A DNA stretch of 62,912 bases, the filler included, from Collodictyon triciliatum (Eukaryota): the NCBI GenBank assembly GCA_043381765.1. It is 7 parts of 7 records of this genome, joined end to end, with 100 filler letters (N's around TTAATTAATTAA, not from the genome) between each part and the next. Parts side by side here need not be neighbours in the genome. Positions count along the whole stretch, not along the records: positions 61,811 to 62,912 come from JBHJMP010003126.1; 6 more parts are not named here. One strand, written 5' to 3'. Of the stretch, positions 61,829 to 62,912 are shown one piece after another; the stretch's first letter is position 1, and each line of letters opens with the position of its first letter. The notes below the pieces were generated by a model, which ran no database searches, was not told the origin of the DNA, and saw only the letters and a list, made by a program, of their open reading frames with translations. The translations under genes and the position numbers were made by a program.

Positions 61829-62912
61829 AGTTTGATTCCCAAAGTCACGCTCGATGGCGTAGGTGAGATGGTAGGTCACAAAGTCCGAATACTCCTTCGC
61901 TCCTTTGTAGACAACATGCCCGAACTTGGCCTTGACTTTCCCTTTGAGCTCGTCCTGCCTCTTACGCTAAAAAAAATACAATTATAATAAATGTCAAATA
62001 AACCAAATAATTAAATAAACATAACATAATAACATAAAAAAGAAAAACACAAGACTTAAAATCAATTTTACCGCCTCTTCGCTTTCAGCTTGGAACAGCT
62101 TTCTTTCTTCCTCGTTCTGGGCATGTTGGACAGCATAGTGCTCATCGCGGAGGTAAAAGAAGGCGCGGCTGCATGCTGGTTTGTCAATCAGACAGGCGTA
62201 CTGAATCTGAACATGAATATATATTTTAGAAAATGATTTGTTGATTTCTCAATTGTAATTAATAAGAATGATAAAGAATAAAATATAGATATTCGCTTCA
62301 CCTCGTATTCAGTCACACCCAACCCAGGCATTCCGTCAATGAATGGGAAGCGGCTATTGGTTTCACTGCGCCATTCCACCCAGACATCCTTCATGGTGGC
62401 ATCAGGCTTGGTATTCAGCAGCTCCTCAAGGCGGGCTTGTTTGTTCAGCTCCGTTTTGTTTTGGTCAGGAATCCAGCCGTAGCGCGCACCGAGGGAACAC
62501 ACAAAGTATGGACACTTTCCGATAGAATCCAGACAGCGAATCACAACCTTGAAAGCAACGGGAGAAGAGAAAATTGAAGATTATTATTTTATAAAATGCT
62601 ACATATTCTAAAAAAGTTTCAAAAAATAATGTTAATAATATAGTACTTACCCATCCCTCGCTACTGTCCACAGAAGTCAGTCCCCAGCGCAAATCGATAA
62701 AGACAAGGTCCACTCCCAATGATTTCGCAAGTCTTTTCAATCTGACATTAAAAATTATATTGTTAGAAAAATAAAAACATCAAATTATCGTTCCTTATCA
62801 TAGATTTATTATAAAAATGTATGAATTAAACTAACCCAGGGGCTCCATTCCTGAAGAACTCATCTCTTTCTTTCTGCATGTCACGGAAAGTGGAGGAAAG
62901 GAAAACACGGAT
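61829..62912 (-). CDS. DUF4062-domain protein (TEP1/NPHP3-like N-terminal module); partial at both ends
   Basis: IRVFLSSTFRDMQKERD, FIDLRWGLT, CLDSIGKCPYFVCSLGARYGWIP, GVTEYE|IQYA and AFFYLRD. Confidence 0.85.

Overview
Eukaryotic (protist-like) draft-genome sequence: AT-rich, intron-dense, standard genetic code, many microsatellites. The window is not one locus. It is seven scaffolds joined by an artificial 100-nt spacer (44 N + TTAATTAATTAA + 44 N), so gene neighbourhoods across spacers mean nothing. Genes were rebuilt by hand from splice sites and reading phase: a longin-like first exon, an intronless 1078-aa membrane protein with an internal duplication, a WDR49-like WD40 protein, a secreted Kelch/CUB-like protein, an SDR16C-type dehydrogenase, PEX7, CNOT4, two HMG-box genes, MSH3, a filamin-repeat protein, OXSM/FabF-type ketoacyl-ACP synthase, SIL1, a PH-domain protein, a Sel1-repeat protein, an internally deleted non-LTR retrotransposon, an Aa_trans transporter start and a DUF4062 protein. 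The standout is a minus-strand gene at 37188-42006 (5'-truncated), largely invisible in the ORF track. Its exons splice in phase into tandem RCC-reductase/bilin-reductase-like domains, an atypical-SDR Rossmann domain and a C-terminal FYVE finger, which suggests a tetrapyrrole-processing enzyme tethered to PI3P-rich endosomes or food vacuoles. All family calls come from motif recognition; no database search was run.
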